From: Verrucomicrobiota bacterium
GTDB lineage: Bacteria; Verrucomicrobiota; Verrucomicrobiia; Limisphaerales; UBA8199
Direction of reading: 5' to 3'
DNA length: 64,000 nt
NCBI GenBank assembly: GCA_039806935.1
Contig: JBDHQH010000003.1
Span: 2,606 to 66,605, forward strand
The notes beneath the pieces are model-generated. The model was not told the DNA's origin. It saw only the letters and a list, made by a program, of their open reading frames with translations, and made no database searches. Numbering within the stretch: the stretch's first letter is position 1; every line of letters begins with the position of its first letter. Shown in pieces: positions 44,835 through 54,081 of this stretch. Position numbers and translations under genes: made by a program.

Positions 44835-47800
44835 TCAGCGACGGCGGACGCGGTAGAATTGCGCCGTGCCGCTGGAGCTGGTGGCTGCCTGGAAATGCGC
44901 CCGCGCGGGGTCTCCCGCGAACACCTGCACGATGGACGCCCCGGCCACATCGGTGTAGGGCCCGCCCACCACGCCGGCGCTTTGCAAGGCGTAGGTGGCG
45001 GGTGAGTCACTCCCATCGACGCTGCTGAAGCTGATGGTGACGTTGTGGTTCCCCTCGTTCACCGTGTCGGTAATGCCGTCGATTACCGGCGCGGACAGAC
45101 TCACCACGCGCAGGTTCGAGATATAGACCGCGGCGTCCGGCGTCCCGAGATAATTGTTGAACGCGCCGCCCAGCGGACAATTGTAACCCAGCATCAGATA
45201 CCCGCTCTTGAAGGTGGTGGTATTCACATAGCTGAAGATGGGCGTCTTGTTGACGGACATCGTCACGATGTTGTTGATCTGCTTAACCTCGACATCCGCC
45301 CAGGCCTCGTCGGCGGGTGTGGCGCTGACTGGACTATTGTTCGCCGGCGTGCCTCCGGAGGTCCCTCCGGGCGCGGTGAAGACGGCGTGCTTGAAGACGT
45401 TGGGCATCGCGCCCGCGTTGGCCAGATTTAACCACCCCGTATTGGGCAGCCCCCCGCCCAGCCCGGTGTAGGATTGAAATTCGTTGTAAGCGAACCCGCC
45501 GTAACCGCCCGGCGGTGTCTGGATCCAATACCAAATGCCGTCGCTGGCCCAGTTGTGCGCCTCATAATTGGCGGTGCCGGCCAGCCACCAGTTGGTTTGC
45601 TGCCCATTATGATTAATTCCGAACAGGGGACCTTCGATGATGAAGGAGCCGCTCCCGGACACCAGGTTCATATTGAAACGGACGGCGTAATTTCCACTGA
45701 ACACTTTGTTGGTGTAATAAAGGTTCACACCTCCGCCATAAGTCGCCCCGCCTGGTTGTTGCTTGTTGCAGGTGATCCGCAGGGCAGTCGTCGCCCCGCT
45801 CGGCGGCGGCGGGATTATCCCATAATATCCGCCCGGCCCGCCGCTGGTCAGATCATACCCAAACTCCACATCGTAATCGCTGGGTTCCTGCGTCAGGTTG
45901 CCGGAAGCGTAGGTCACCGCCCAATTCGCGGCGTCGGCTGGATCCGTCAAGGCGTCGCTGAAAAGCACAGGGTTGGGCAACTGAGCATTATCGATGAGGG
46001 TCAGCGTCGTCGAGTTGCTGGGAGCGACCGACGCGTAATCTCCGCTGGCGGGCAGCGTCACGATGACACTCTTGTTCCCGGAGTAGGCGGGATTCGCCAC
46101 GTTCGCCGGCGGGACGCCGTTCGAGAGCGGTGAAATCACAGGCACCTGCACGAGGTCGCCCGGATTGAAGGTAACCGCCGGCAACGGGGTAAAATCCACA
46201 TTGGGCGTCGCGGCCCCGGCGTACGTGTAAGGCGCGGTTGTGTACGCCGCCACGTTCGTATCGCCCAAACGAGTAATTGTGATCGAGGCGAAGTCGTTGG
46301 CAAAGGCCTTGTACATGGTCGGCGCGGCGGGAGTGACCACCAACTGGTTGTGGGACGTGTTTTGAATGCGGACGGTCGCCTGGGAAGGCTGATCCACCAC
46401 ATAGCCGCCGCCCGTAACCGTCAGCACTGCCGTCGTGGTGCGTCGCGGCACATCCGCGGTGCTCGGGGTAATCGTCACGTCCACCGATGTGGCATTGGCT
46501 GGAATGGTCACAATCCCGCCCACTGCCGGAGTGCCCGCCGAAGCGGCGTAGGCATCTGCGGTGGCGGTGCCGCTCAAACTGAAGTTGACGGTCAAAGGCG
46601 AGGCATAGCCCGACGGATCGTTCCGGGTGATGGTGAAGACACCCGGCACGGGCGTTCCCGGACTGCCATTAACGCCGCCCTGAGAGGCGTCGGGTGTGGC
46701 CGCCACAACGCTGACATGGGCTGTGGGTACCGATAACGTAAAACCGGTCGAACCGCTCGCATTGCCCGTGGTGGTGGCTATGGTGGTCATCCCCAACGAC
46801 CAACTCTGGCACCGGCCCAAACCAGAGCTGCTCAGGTAAAGATTGTTGGCCGCGTCCCAAGCCATTGCCCGCGCGATGGTTGTGCCATCTGGCGCCGCGC
46901 TCTTGAAAATCCGGGAAACGTCAGGAAGTCCATTGGTCAGCGGCGTGATCACAAACCAGTTCCTCCGGATCAGGCAAGCTACGTAGTTGCCATCCGGCGA
47001 AACGCCGATATCCACCGTGTTGTCAGAGTTGTTGCCATTGGCATCAGTGACATTCGAATAAAAGTCGGGGCCGGTCCCGATGCTGCCCCCCCGAGCGGTG
47101 ATCGAGTCCCAGACAAGCGCCAGCGAATCACCGTTTCCGATGTCGTTCGTGTAAATTTGCAGGTTTGGATTCGAGTAATTGCCGCGGAAAGTGCTGCAAT
47201 AGATATAGTTGCCATGAGCCTGCAACCCGGGAAAGGAGTTTCCGCCCAAAGTCGTGCTGGCAAGATTGAGGCCGACTTCCGGCCCGTGGATATCCGGGCC
47301 CACCTGCCAGGGCAGGCTCGCCAGGGTGATATTATTATACACCAGCAGCGAATTGGCCCCATGGGCAGAGGGATAATCCATATCGACGGTCAGCAGGGTT
47401 ACAGGATTGCCGCTCTGTACGTTCCCGATCACCCAAGGCCGGGATCCGATTGTGGCATGCACTCCGTAATTAATGCCGTCGTCCTTGCCTTTGGGTCCCA
47501 GAAAAAGCTGGCTTCCAGCCAGATTCGGCGTGACCCGCCAGACACCATCGTTCTGGGCCGCTCCCGCCGCGCCGCCAGTGAACGAGGCATCACCCACCAT
47601 CAGATAATCATCTTCCGCGACGGAAATTCGATAAGGGTCGTAAGCGTTTCCCGAATTAAAGCTGATGCCCGCGTTGGCGTTGGTGACCGCCACGGACCAA
47701 TCGGAGTTAAAGGCGTAGATGCCATTCGGCCCGGAACAGTTGGCGGCATAGATCCTGCCAAAATAAGGCGAACCGGCCCGCGAGTTGACCGCCACGCCGC

Positions 47801-48146
47801 GCGGAGTCGCGAGACCGAGCGAATCGCCAATCAAAGAGGGTTGGCCCGAGCCCGTTTTCGCAACTTTTATCGAATACGACGTGTGAGCGCCCAAGGCGAA
47901 GCTGTACCGCCCCGCCGCCTGCACCGCACCGTTGAAAACGGGGTCAGTCGAACTGTCCTCAAAAGTAATGGTAACGTTTCCGCCGCCTTCATTCAAATAG
48001 AAGTAAACGGTGCCCGCATTGTTGCTAATGCCAGAAGCATAAGGAGTTGCGCTGGCTGAGGGCCCGCACACAAGGGCGGCAAGGGCTAGCCCGCCCGCCA
48101 GGGCTCGCAACCCTTGGCGATTCGTGGGGAGGGTATGGGTTTTCAT
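44835..48146 (-). CDS. Large (1103 aa) secreted multidomain protein: beta-propeller-like region, Calx-beta-like repeats, ConA/LamG-like region, C-terminal FYRV module
   Basis: Signal peptide (LAGGLALAALVCGPSASA). Repeated Calx-beta-like segments (e.g. VTITPSTADVPRRTTTAVLTVTGGGYVVDQPSQATVRIQN; FTITRNDPSGYASPLTVNFSLSGTATADAY). The end is ...GTAQFYRVRRR. The domain calls are tentative. Confidence 0.7.
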   Translation of the reverse strand: MKTHTLPTNRQGLRALAGGLALAALVCGPSASATPYASGISNNAGTVYFYLNEGGGNVTITFEDSSTDPVFNGAVQAAGRYSFALGAHTSYSIKVAKTGSGQPSLIGDSLGLATPRGVAVNSRAGSPYFGRIYAANCSGPNGIYAFNSDWSVAVTNANAGISFNSGNAYDPYRISVAEDDYLMVGDASFTGGAAGAAQNDGVWRVTPNLAGSQLFLGPKGKDDGINYGVHATIGSRPWVIGNVQSGNPVTLLTVDMDYPSAHGANSLLVYNNITLASLPWQVGPDIHGPEVGLNLASTTLGGNSFPGLQAHGNYIYCSTFRGNYSNPNLQIYTNDIGNGDSLALVWDSITARGGSIGTGPDFYSNVTDANGNNSDNTVDIGVSPDGNYVACLIRRNWFVITPLTNGLPDVSRIFKSAAPDGTTIARAMAWDAANNLYLSSSGLGRCQSWSLGMTTIATTTGNASGSTGFTLSVPTAHVSVVAATPDASQGGVNGSPGTPVPGVFTITRNDPSGYASPLTVNFSLSGTATADAYAASAGTPAVGGIVTIPANATSVDVTITPSTADVPRRTTTAVLTVTGGGYVVDQPSQATVRIQNTSHNQLVVTPAAPTMYKAFANDFASITITRLGDTNVAAYTTAPYTYAGAATPNVDFTPLPAVTFNPGDLVQVPVISPLSNGVPPANVANPAYSGNKSVIVTLPASGDYASVAPSNSTTLTLIDNAQLPNPVLFSDALTDPADAANWAVTYASGNLTQEPSDYDVEFGYDLTSGGPGGYYGIIPPPPSGATTALRITCNKQQPGGATYGGGVNLYYTNKVFSGNYAVRFNMNLVSGSGSFIIEGPLFGINHNGQQTNWWLAGTANYEAHNWASDGIWYWIQTPPGGYGGFAYNEFQSYTGLGGGLPNTGWLNLANAGAMPNVFKHAVFTAPGGTSGGTPANNSPVSATPADEAWADVEVKQINNIVTMSVNKTPIFSYVNTTTFKSGYLMLGYNCPLGGAFNNYLGTPDAAVYISNLRVVSLSAPVIDGITDTVNEGNHNVTISFSSVDGSDSPATYALQSAGVVGGPYTDVAGASIVQVFAGDPARAHFQAATSSSGTAQFYRVRRR

Positions 48147-48393
48147 ACTGGAGTTTTCCTAGTTAGCTGATCATGAGTTTGTTTTTGCTGCATACAAAAC
48201 ACACCACGACACCTCGCCGGCGCCTTGGATTCTTGAATGCTGCTCCGGCTACTCTAGATGGCTTTGGCTGGGAAGGCAAATACAAAATGAAAATTTTTCA
48301 ACCACAACATCAGCTATCGTCACGGCCTTGCAACGAAATCCGCCCAGCCACCTCATGAAAATCTATAACACCTGAAGCGCTCCCGAACCGGCA

Positions 48394-48726
48394 TTGACGA
48401 TTGCTCAACTCTATCGCTGCCGCTGGCAGGTCGAACTGTTCTTCAAGTGGATCAAACAACCTCTGCGTATCAAAGCTTTCTACGGCACTTCCGAGAACGC
48501 CGTGCGCATCCAAGTTTGGACCGCCATCTCGGTATACGTCCTGGTAGCCGCCATCAAAAAGCGGCTGTGCCCTTCGGCCAGCCTCTACACCATTCTACAG
48601 ATTCTGAGCCTTTCACTTTTCGAGAAAACGCCCCTTTTGCAGGCACTTTCTCAACCAACACCGACATCCAATATGTCTGACAATCACAATCAGCCCTGTT
48701 TACCGGGGTTTTTAACCGGACCGTAG
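48394..48726 (+). mobile_element. 3' fragment of an IS4-family (DDE_Tnp_1) transposase gene; the 5' roughly 1 kb is missing
   Basis: IAQLYRCRWQVELFFKWIKQPLRIKAFYGTSENAVRIQVWTAISVYVLV is the conserved C-terminal block containing the DDE glutamate (YRxRWQIELFFK). No N-terminal transposase sequence lies upstream. Confidence 0.7.
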
Positions 48727-49223
48727 TGTTGTCGGATAATTGTCTGCAAGTCGCGGGTCCGCTCCTCGGCATCAAAAGTTGCCTGCACGTTATAGGCCAT
48801 CACTTCGAGCGGATTCTCGCGATAGCCGCCAGCCAGGATGTAGCCGGCGGCATAGGCGGGGAGGAAGCGATCTGGGCCGAGGTGTTGCCACTGGATGACG
48901 TGAACCAGTTCGCGGAAGTGTAGAGATTCGTGCCGGGTTTCGTTGGCGGCCAGAAAATAGGTGGTCAAGTAGGTGATTCCTGCGTAGTTGCCGTTCTGGA
49001 ATTCCGCAAACTCCGGCAATCCCATGTCCGCCAGCGGCGGCACGGGCACCCGGGGCACCTCCACCACGACCGCCGAGGCCAGCGTGTCGGCGGAGTAAAA
49101 CTGCGGCAGGCGGGTGAAGCCATACGACGCCAAAGGTCGGGCCAGCGACTTGTGCTGCTCCAACGTCTTGAGAATCCACCCACGCTCCTGCGGAAGTCTG
49201 GTCAGGAGGCGTTGGATGCTCAT
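48690..49223 (-). CDS. Hypothetical protein with HExxH motif (possible metallopeptidase-like)
   Basis: HESLH within TRHESLHFRELVHVIQW. The last roughly 12 codons lie inside the IS4 remnant, so the C-terminus may be non-native. Start taken at ATG 49223 (MSIQRLL). Confidence 0.45.
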   Translation of the reverse strand: MSIQRLLTRLPQERGWILKTLEQHKSLARPLASYGFTRLPQFYSADTLASAVVVEVPRVPVPPLADMGLPEFAEFQNGNYAGITYLTTYFLAANETRHESLHFRELVHVIQWQHLGPDRFLPAYAAGYILAGGYRENPLEVMAYNVQATFDAEERTRDLQTIIRQHYGPVKNPGKQG

Positions 49224-49246
49224 GGATTTAGGTCGGGGCGTTGGTT

Positions 49247-49579
49247 CTACAGGTCCGGGGCGAAGATCTTCAGCTTGCCCTTGCACGGTTTGATTGGCAG
49301 ACGCCGCGGCTTGGCCAGCACCCAGCCGAACCCCTGCTTGTGATACCAGGGCGACCGATGGGAGGTGACGCAATCCACGATGTCCACGACGCCGACGATG
49401 GCGCCCATGTCGAACGTCTCCGGCATCTTCACGCCGTATTTGCGCTCGATGTATTCTTTCACGTCAACGTGCAGGTCGGCGGTGCTGCTCCCGGCGTGGA
49501 GACCGCGGTGATGCGTCGCCCAGATGCGATTCTCGATGTCCTTGCAGCCGTTGACGACGAGCCAGGCCCAACGGCTCAA
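49247..49579 (-). CDS. ASCH-domain protein, probably 5'-damaged
   Basis: (L)SRWAWLVVNGCKDIENRIW...GAIVGVVDIVDCV...SPWYHKQGFGWVLAKPRRLPIKPCKGKLKIF is collinear with ASCH/PUA-like proteins. There is no ATG at the expected N-terminus (TTG at 49579). The upstream in-frame sequence is unrelated. Confidence 0.5.
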   Translation of the reverse strand: MSRWAWLVVNGCKDIENRIWATHHRGLHAGSSTADLHVDVKEYIERKYGVKMPETFDMGAIVGVVDIVDCVTSHRSPWYHKQGFGWVLAKPRRLPIKPCKGKLKIFAPDL

Positions 49580-49712
49580 GCGCCTGCGTTGGAAACTCTG
49601 GCGACGCCACAGCCGGGTGCGCGGGCGGGCCGGGGTCCAACTGGCCCGGCTGCTGCGCACCAAGCTGGTCACGGCACGGGCCTGGGCGCGGAAGGACCTC
49701 TTTGAGCAGTTC
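49563..49712 (+). pseudogene. Internal fragment resembling an ISL3-family transposase (tentative)
   Basis: RLRWKLWRR...QLARLLRT..VTARAWARKDLFEQF resembles the RWaLLKnp...L..L....aYaLKE.lR.iF block of ISL3/IS204-type transposases. Only about 50 aa long. Confidence 0.3.
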
Positions 49713-49754
49713 TGTCGCCTCGGACAGGTCATCCGCATGGCGACCGAGGGACGA

Positions 49755-49943
49755 AAGAAAGTCCTGCTCACGGCCACGCCGCTGCAGAATTCCCTGCTGG
49801 AGCTTTACGGCCTGTCCCCCCTGATTGACGACAAGCTGTTTGGGGAACTCGATTCGCTGTTCCGGCAATTGCACGAGGTAAAGGCGCGTCTTGCCGACCT
49901 GGTTGCGCTGCTGCTTCATCGAGACGTAGCGCCAACACTGCTG
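49755..49943 (+). pseudogene. Internal fragment of an SNF2-family helicase gene
   Basis: KKVLLTATPLQNSLLELYGLSPLIDDKLFGELDSLFRQL is SNF2 motif III (LLLTATPLQN) and its downstream block. No helicase motifs I/II lie upstream and no C-terminal lobe lies downstream. Confidence 0.55.
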
Positions 49944-50061
49944 CTTCACGGCGTCGCTCATCCCTTTGTCAGGTCCTGCACTGCGCCGTTTCGGGCTGCT
50001 TGTGAAACTCCGCGCAATTTGGTGTAATCCTTCGGGGCGAAGGCCAAATCCGAGAACACCC

Positions 50062-50988
50062 GTGTCGAAGTCATCAAGCAAAGCGAACACGCCTGATCGC
50101 AGCACCGCCGCCGCGTTTAACCAATACCTGACAGGCGAAACGGTGGCTGACAGCGCGGCGCTCCAGTGGCCGGGACTGTATGCGCGGCGCAGGCGGCTTC
50201 CGCGCGTAGTGGATCGTCTTTTGATTCCTGCTACTCCAGAGCCGCACATCGCGTGCGTGCTTCGCGGCGCGGCGGAGTTTCAGGAACGGGATGTCGGCGG
50301 TGCATGGATCAAGCGGCAGATCCACGCGGGCGAATTGTTTGTCACGCGTTCGCGCACGCCCTACGAGGTGCGCTTTCAATCGCCACCCGGCCAGGAGCTG
50401 GAGAATCTTTCCCTCCACATCGCCGTTGAGCCGTTCCGGACCGCGCTCGAAGACCGTTATCCTGGAAAATCCGACCGCGTGGAAGTGATGGACTATTTTG
50501 GCCGTGACGAAATCCTGTGCTCCATCTGTCTGACGTGCGCGGAGCTTCTGGCCGCGCGCGTGCCCGGCAAATCGCCCCGGGTCGCCGCGCTCACCCAGCT
50601 CTTCGCGGCGCACCTTGTGGAGAAATACACCAGCACGGTTTCGCGGACGCCAGTCCATCGTGGCGGGATGCCCATTCACCAACTCCGCCGGGTTGAGAAT
50701 TACATCGCCGAAGATCTTGCCGAAGAAATCTCGGTGGAACGGCTGGCCGAACTCGTGGAATTGAGTTCCTCGCACTTTGCCCATGTGTTCAAGGAGACGA
50801 CCGGCATGAGTCCGCTCCAGTTCATCACCCGCCAACGAATCACCCGTGCCCAGCAATTGATTCGCGAGACCACGCGCAGCCTGATTGATGTGGGTTTGGA
50901 AGTGGGCTACTCCAGCCCGAGCCATTTCGCGCAAGTCTTTCGGCGCGTCGTTGGCGTCACGCCGACGGAGTTTCGGAGTTCGCTTTAA
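50062..50988 (+). CDS. AraC-family transcriptional regulator
   Basis: Two C-terminal HTH units (ISVERLAELVELSSSHFAHVFKETTGMSPLQF; LIDVGLEVGYSSPSHFAQVFRRVVGVTPTEFR). There is no in-frame ATG near the N-terminus. GTG 50062 is proposed; the ORF is open from 49966. Confidence 0.75.
   Translation: MSKSSSKANTPDRSTAAAFNQYLTGETVADSAALQWPGLYARRRRLPRVVDRLLIPATPEPHIACVLRGAAEFQERDVGGAWIKRQIHAGELFVTRSRTPYEVRFQSPPGQELENLSLHIAVEPFRTALEDRYPGKSDRVEVMDYFGRDEILCSICLTCAELLAARVPGKSPRVAALTQLFAAHLVEKYTSTVSRTPVHRGGMPIHQLRRVENYIAEDLAEEISVERLAELVELSSSHFAHVFKETTGMSPLQFITRQRITRAQQLIRETTRSLIDVGLEVGYSSPSHFAQVFRRVVGVTPTEFRSSL
50968..50987 (+). repeat. 20-nt exact direct repeat, copy 1 (gagtttcggagttcgcttta; last codons of the AraC gene)
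   Basis: Identical 20-mer at 59421-59440. The flanking 'ac' two bases upstream also matches. Expected chance occurrence in 64 kb is well below 1. Confidence 0.8.
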
Positions 50989-51049
50989 ACCGGCGTCACC
51001 GAACATTTAGGCGCTCTGAGTAAAGGAATGATAGCATAGCCCCGCGGGT

Positions 51050-52435
51050 TTGGCGACAAAGGCGGCGAGCTTTACGGCAAGGCACGAGTTTGTTACAGCT
51101 CTGTCGGTGATCGACCAACCAGACAAAGCCGAAGCCGCAACTGATGGGAAACCAACGGCCATTAGTCTTTTCGCAGGTGCTGGTGGGTGCTCACTCGGCT
51201 TCGGTCAGGCAGGTTACGACGTGCGATTCGCCACCGATATTGACGCCGATGCGGTGGAATCCTACCGACGTAACTTTCCAAGAACTTTGTGTGAGGCTGC
51301 GGATATCCGGCAACTGACGGTGGATGACGTGCTTCAGCGAATCGGTCTGAAACCTGGCGAACTCGACATTCTGCTCGGTGGTCCGCCCTGCCAGGGTTTT
51401 AGCAGCGCCGGCGTGAAGGCGGGCGGTGATTCGCGCAATTCGCTGTTGCGCCATTACGTCCGGCTGCTTGAAGGCCTCCGCCCGAAATGGTTCGTGATGG
51501 AGAATGTCGAAGGGTTGCTGACCAATGGCGGCGGCTTGCATGTTCGTGACACGGTTGCGGCTTTTTTGGAGGCGGGTTACTCGCTAAACGTGGAGAAGGT
51601 TTATGCGCAAGGCTACGGCATCCCGCAGCGGCGCAAGCGCGTGCTCATCGTCGGGAACAGGCTCGGTCACGACTTTTCATTTCCTGAGCCGGTGACGCGC
51701 TTTTCGGGCAGCATCTTTCGCAAAGGAGAAATCACCTTCGCAACCGCCGTGGGCGATCTGCCGCCGGCGGCAACGGAAGCCGGCGAGCCGCTGGCGTTTC
51801 GCGAGCCACCACAAAACGAACTGCAAGCCTACCTGCGTGGCGACGCCAAGACTGTGACCGACCACTATGCGGTGGTGCTGTCGGAGATTCAGCTTGAGCG
51901 TGTGCGGAACTTGCAGCCCGGTCAGACGATGAAGGATTTGCCGGAGCATTTGCAGCACGATTCGTTTCGCCGTCGCGCGTTTCGCCGGGTGATGGATGGA
52001 ACGCCAGTTGAGAAACGCGGCGGTGCGCCGTCCGGCTTGAAGCGACTGTTCACCGACGAGCCGAGCCTGACCATCACCAGCGCAGCGACGAGGGAGTTTG
52101 CGCATCCAACGGAAAACCGGCTGCTCACGCTGCGCGAATGTGCGCGATTGCAGACGTTTCCAGATTCATTCGAGTTCGCGGGCAGCGCGGCAAGCCGAAT
52201 TCAGCAGATTGGCAACGCCATCCCGCCGATGTTGGCGCGGGCGGTTGGAGAACATATTGCGCAGGAGTATGGATTGGCTGTGCGATACAGCGGCAACCTT
52301 CATCCGTCACTCCGTTTCTGCCTCACGCGCTCGGATGGAATGAGCCCGGCGTTGGCGCAGACCGAGGCGTTGCTCGCGGAATTGGCCGGGCACGAGGAGG
52401 AGCAACTGGTATTGCTGGAACGCGCGAGGAAATGA
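51050..52435 (+). CDS. DNA (cytosine-5)-methyltransferase (type II R-M methylase)
   Basis: All diagnostic m5C motifs are present: I LFAGAGGCSLGF, IV GGPPCQGFS, VI ENVEGL, VIII QRRKRVLIVG, IX RECARLQTFPD, X GNAIPP. TTG start at 51050. Confidence 0.9.
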   Translation: MATKAASFTARHEFVTALSVIDQPDKAEAATDGKPTAISLFAGAGGCSLGFGQAGYDVRFATDIDADAVESYRRNFPRTLCEAADIRQLTVDDVLQRIGLKPGELDILLGGPPCQGFSSAGVKAGGDSRNSLLRHYVRLLEGLRPKWFVMENVEGLLTNGGGLHVRDTVAAFLEAGYSLNVEKVYAQGYGIPQRRKRVLIVGNRLGHDFSFPEPVTRFSGSIFRKGEITFATAVGDLPPAATEAGEPLAFREPPQNELQAYLRGDAKTVTDHYAVVLSEIQLERVRNLQPGQTMKDLPEHLQHDSFRRRAFRRVMDGTPVEKRGGAPSGLKRLFTDEPSLTITSAATREFAHPTENRLLTLRECARLQTFPDSFEFAGSAASRIQQIGNAIPPMLARAVGEHIAQEYGLAVRYSGNLHPSLRFCLTRSDGMSPALAQTEALLAELAGHEEEQLVLLERARK

Positions 52436-53427
52436 CCATGCCGATCCCCGCCGAAATCAAGAAGTCATTCAGCGCCGCGCGCATCCTCGGCAATGGCGAC
52501 GACCGCGTAACACTTTCGGAGAACGAGTTGTTCTGCTTGTTGTTGCAGTGCTGCCGCGACTTGGGCGTCGCCACCGCGGTCTCAAAACTGCCAGCGCTTT
52601 CGTCTCCGCCGCCAAGCGATGATTACTACCGGCTTCCTCTGGCGTGGTTTCAAACTCCACAGGTCGGTTGTCCAACCGCAGCAGCCCTGGTGGAAAGCCT
52701 TGCGGCCTGCGTCGCGCATGGACCTGACTTCCGGCTTTATTTTGAAAACCTCGCCACACTTCACAAACGGCGGGTGAAATATCAGCGCATCCTCTCCGGT
52801 CAGCCGAAGCCCACGATGAATCAGATTGGCCCGCGCAGCCTGCTGGAATTCGGCGGTGCGGATGATGGCTTGCTGGCGTCGTGGCTGGTCTGGCGCAAAT
52901 GGATTTTCGACGTGGACAACCGCGCGGCGCAGGAGACGGGCTATTTGTTCGAGCCGGTGCTGGCGAGTTGCCTCGGCGGCGAAGCGGTTGGCGCAAAGAA
53001 CTCGCCGGTCAAACGCCTGAACGAACAAGGCGAACCGACCAGCGAAGGCCGCCAGATTGATTGCTACGACGGCGAGAGCCAGCTCGCCTACGAGTTCAAA
53101 CTGCGCGTCACCATCGCCGCCAGCGGCCAAGGCCGCTTCGGCGAGGAACTTTCATTTCCGCGCGAGGCTCGCGCCGCCGGACTCACGCCCGTGCTCATCG
53201 TGCTCGATCCAACACCGTCGCCCCGGCTCAACGAACTCATCGCCGCTTTCAAAGCGAGCAGTGGCAAACATTACGTCGGGGCGGATGCCTGGGCACACAT
53301 GGATTCCAAGGCAGGCAAGACGATGGCCGTTTTCCTTGAACGTTACATTCGCCCACCACTGACCGAGATGGCAAAGCATGATGACGCCCCGCCGGAAACG
53401 ATTCAGCTTTCGTGGACGAAGGGCTAA
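52432..53427 (+). CDS. Candidate type II restriction endonuclease (PD-(D/E)xK-like), family not recognised
   Basis: Translationally coupled to the methylase (ATGA 52432-52435). It contains GYLFEPV ... RQIDCYDGESQLAYEFKLRV, which is compatible with a D...ExK nuclease core. No other motif recognised. Confidence 0.5.
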   Translation: MTMPIPAEIKKSFSAARILGNGDDRVTLSENELFCLLLQCCRDLGVATAVSKLPALSSPPPSDDYYRLPLAWFQTPQVGCPTAAALVESLAACVAHGPDFRLYFENLATLHKRRVKYQRILSGQPKPTMNQIGPRSLLEFGGADDGLLASWLVWRKWIFDVDNRAAQETGYLFEPVLASCLGGEAVGAKNSPVKRLNEQGEPTSEGRQIDCYDGESQLAYEFKLRVTIAASGQGRFGEELSFPREARAAGLTPVLIVLDPTPSPRLNELIAAFKASSGKHYVGADAWAHMDSKAGKTMAVFLERYIRPPLTEMAKHDDAPPETIQLSWTKG

Positions 53428-53561
53428 ATCCGCGTGCAAGGAAAGAAGGCGAACATTCGCATTCCGCGAAAGAGTTGAACCCGGTTCAGCGGCCGCGTCC
53501 CAGAACCCCTTTTGTCTCCCGACATTCTTGCGGAAACGATTCCGCACCAATCGGCACGCAC

Positions 53562-53642
53562 CAGCAGCGGTTCAGAGTTTGCGCTTCTTGGCGGCGGGAT
53601 GAGTTTCGCGTCACGCCCACCGCCTTCCGCAGCTCGCTATAG
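53562..53642 (+). pseudogene. 3'-terminal remnant of an AraC-family regulator gene
   Basis: It translates to QQRFRVCASWRRDEFRVTPTAFRSSL*. The intact AraC gene at 50988 ends ...FAQVFRRVVGVTPTEFRSSL*. No intact HTH or N-terminal domain lies upstream. Confidence 0.35.
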
Positions 53643-53748
53643 TTTCCCGCAGAATCGCGACAGCGACCGCAGGATCGCGAGAGCAGAAAATCCCACATCG
53701 TGGGATTGTGCCCTCGTTAGCTGGAACAACAAAGCGAAAGCAAATGAA

Positions 53749-54036
53749 ATGAAAACTCTGATTGCGACGACCGCACCCCGAAGGTTCTCAACCAAATGCT
53801 CGCGAATACTGGCCGGCTTCAAGGACCGCCTTGCCACTGAACTGGCAAATGAATTCAGCGCGGTTAACGAGCGACTGATCCATCAGGTCGTGAACGAAGC
53901 CGATGCGTTGGCGTCCACCACACTCTTTCCGGCGCTTTTTTTGCCAGCACTGGCCGAAGAAAAAGTTCGCCAGGCCTCCGCCTGGGCCGCGCGGCAACGG
54001 GAGATTCATGACCAGTCACTGGCGTTCGCCGCGTAA
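53749..54036 (+). CDS. Hypothetical small protein (95 aa)
   Basis: ORF with ATG at 53749 (MKTLIATT...), helical composition, no recognisable motif. The upstream part of ORF 53512.. covers the AraC remnant. Confidence 0.35.
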   Translation: MKTLIATTAPRRFSTKCSRILAGFKDRLATELANEFSAVNERLIHQVVNEADALASTTLFPALFLPALAEEKVRQASAWAARQREIHDQSLAFAA

Positions 54037-54081
54037 TGGACGCAGACGGCAAACATTGAACTGAAAGGAAGGAGATTGATT

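Noticed and set aside
49860-49975. Minus-strand peptide MSDAVKQQCWRYVSMKQQRNQVGKTRL, which looks like the N-terminus of a gene
   Set aside because: It continues as the antisense of the SNF2 fragment, and I cannot assign it to a family. It is treated as part of the fragment graveyard.
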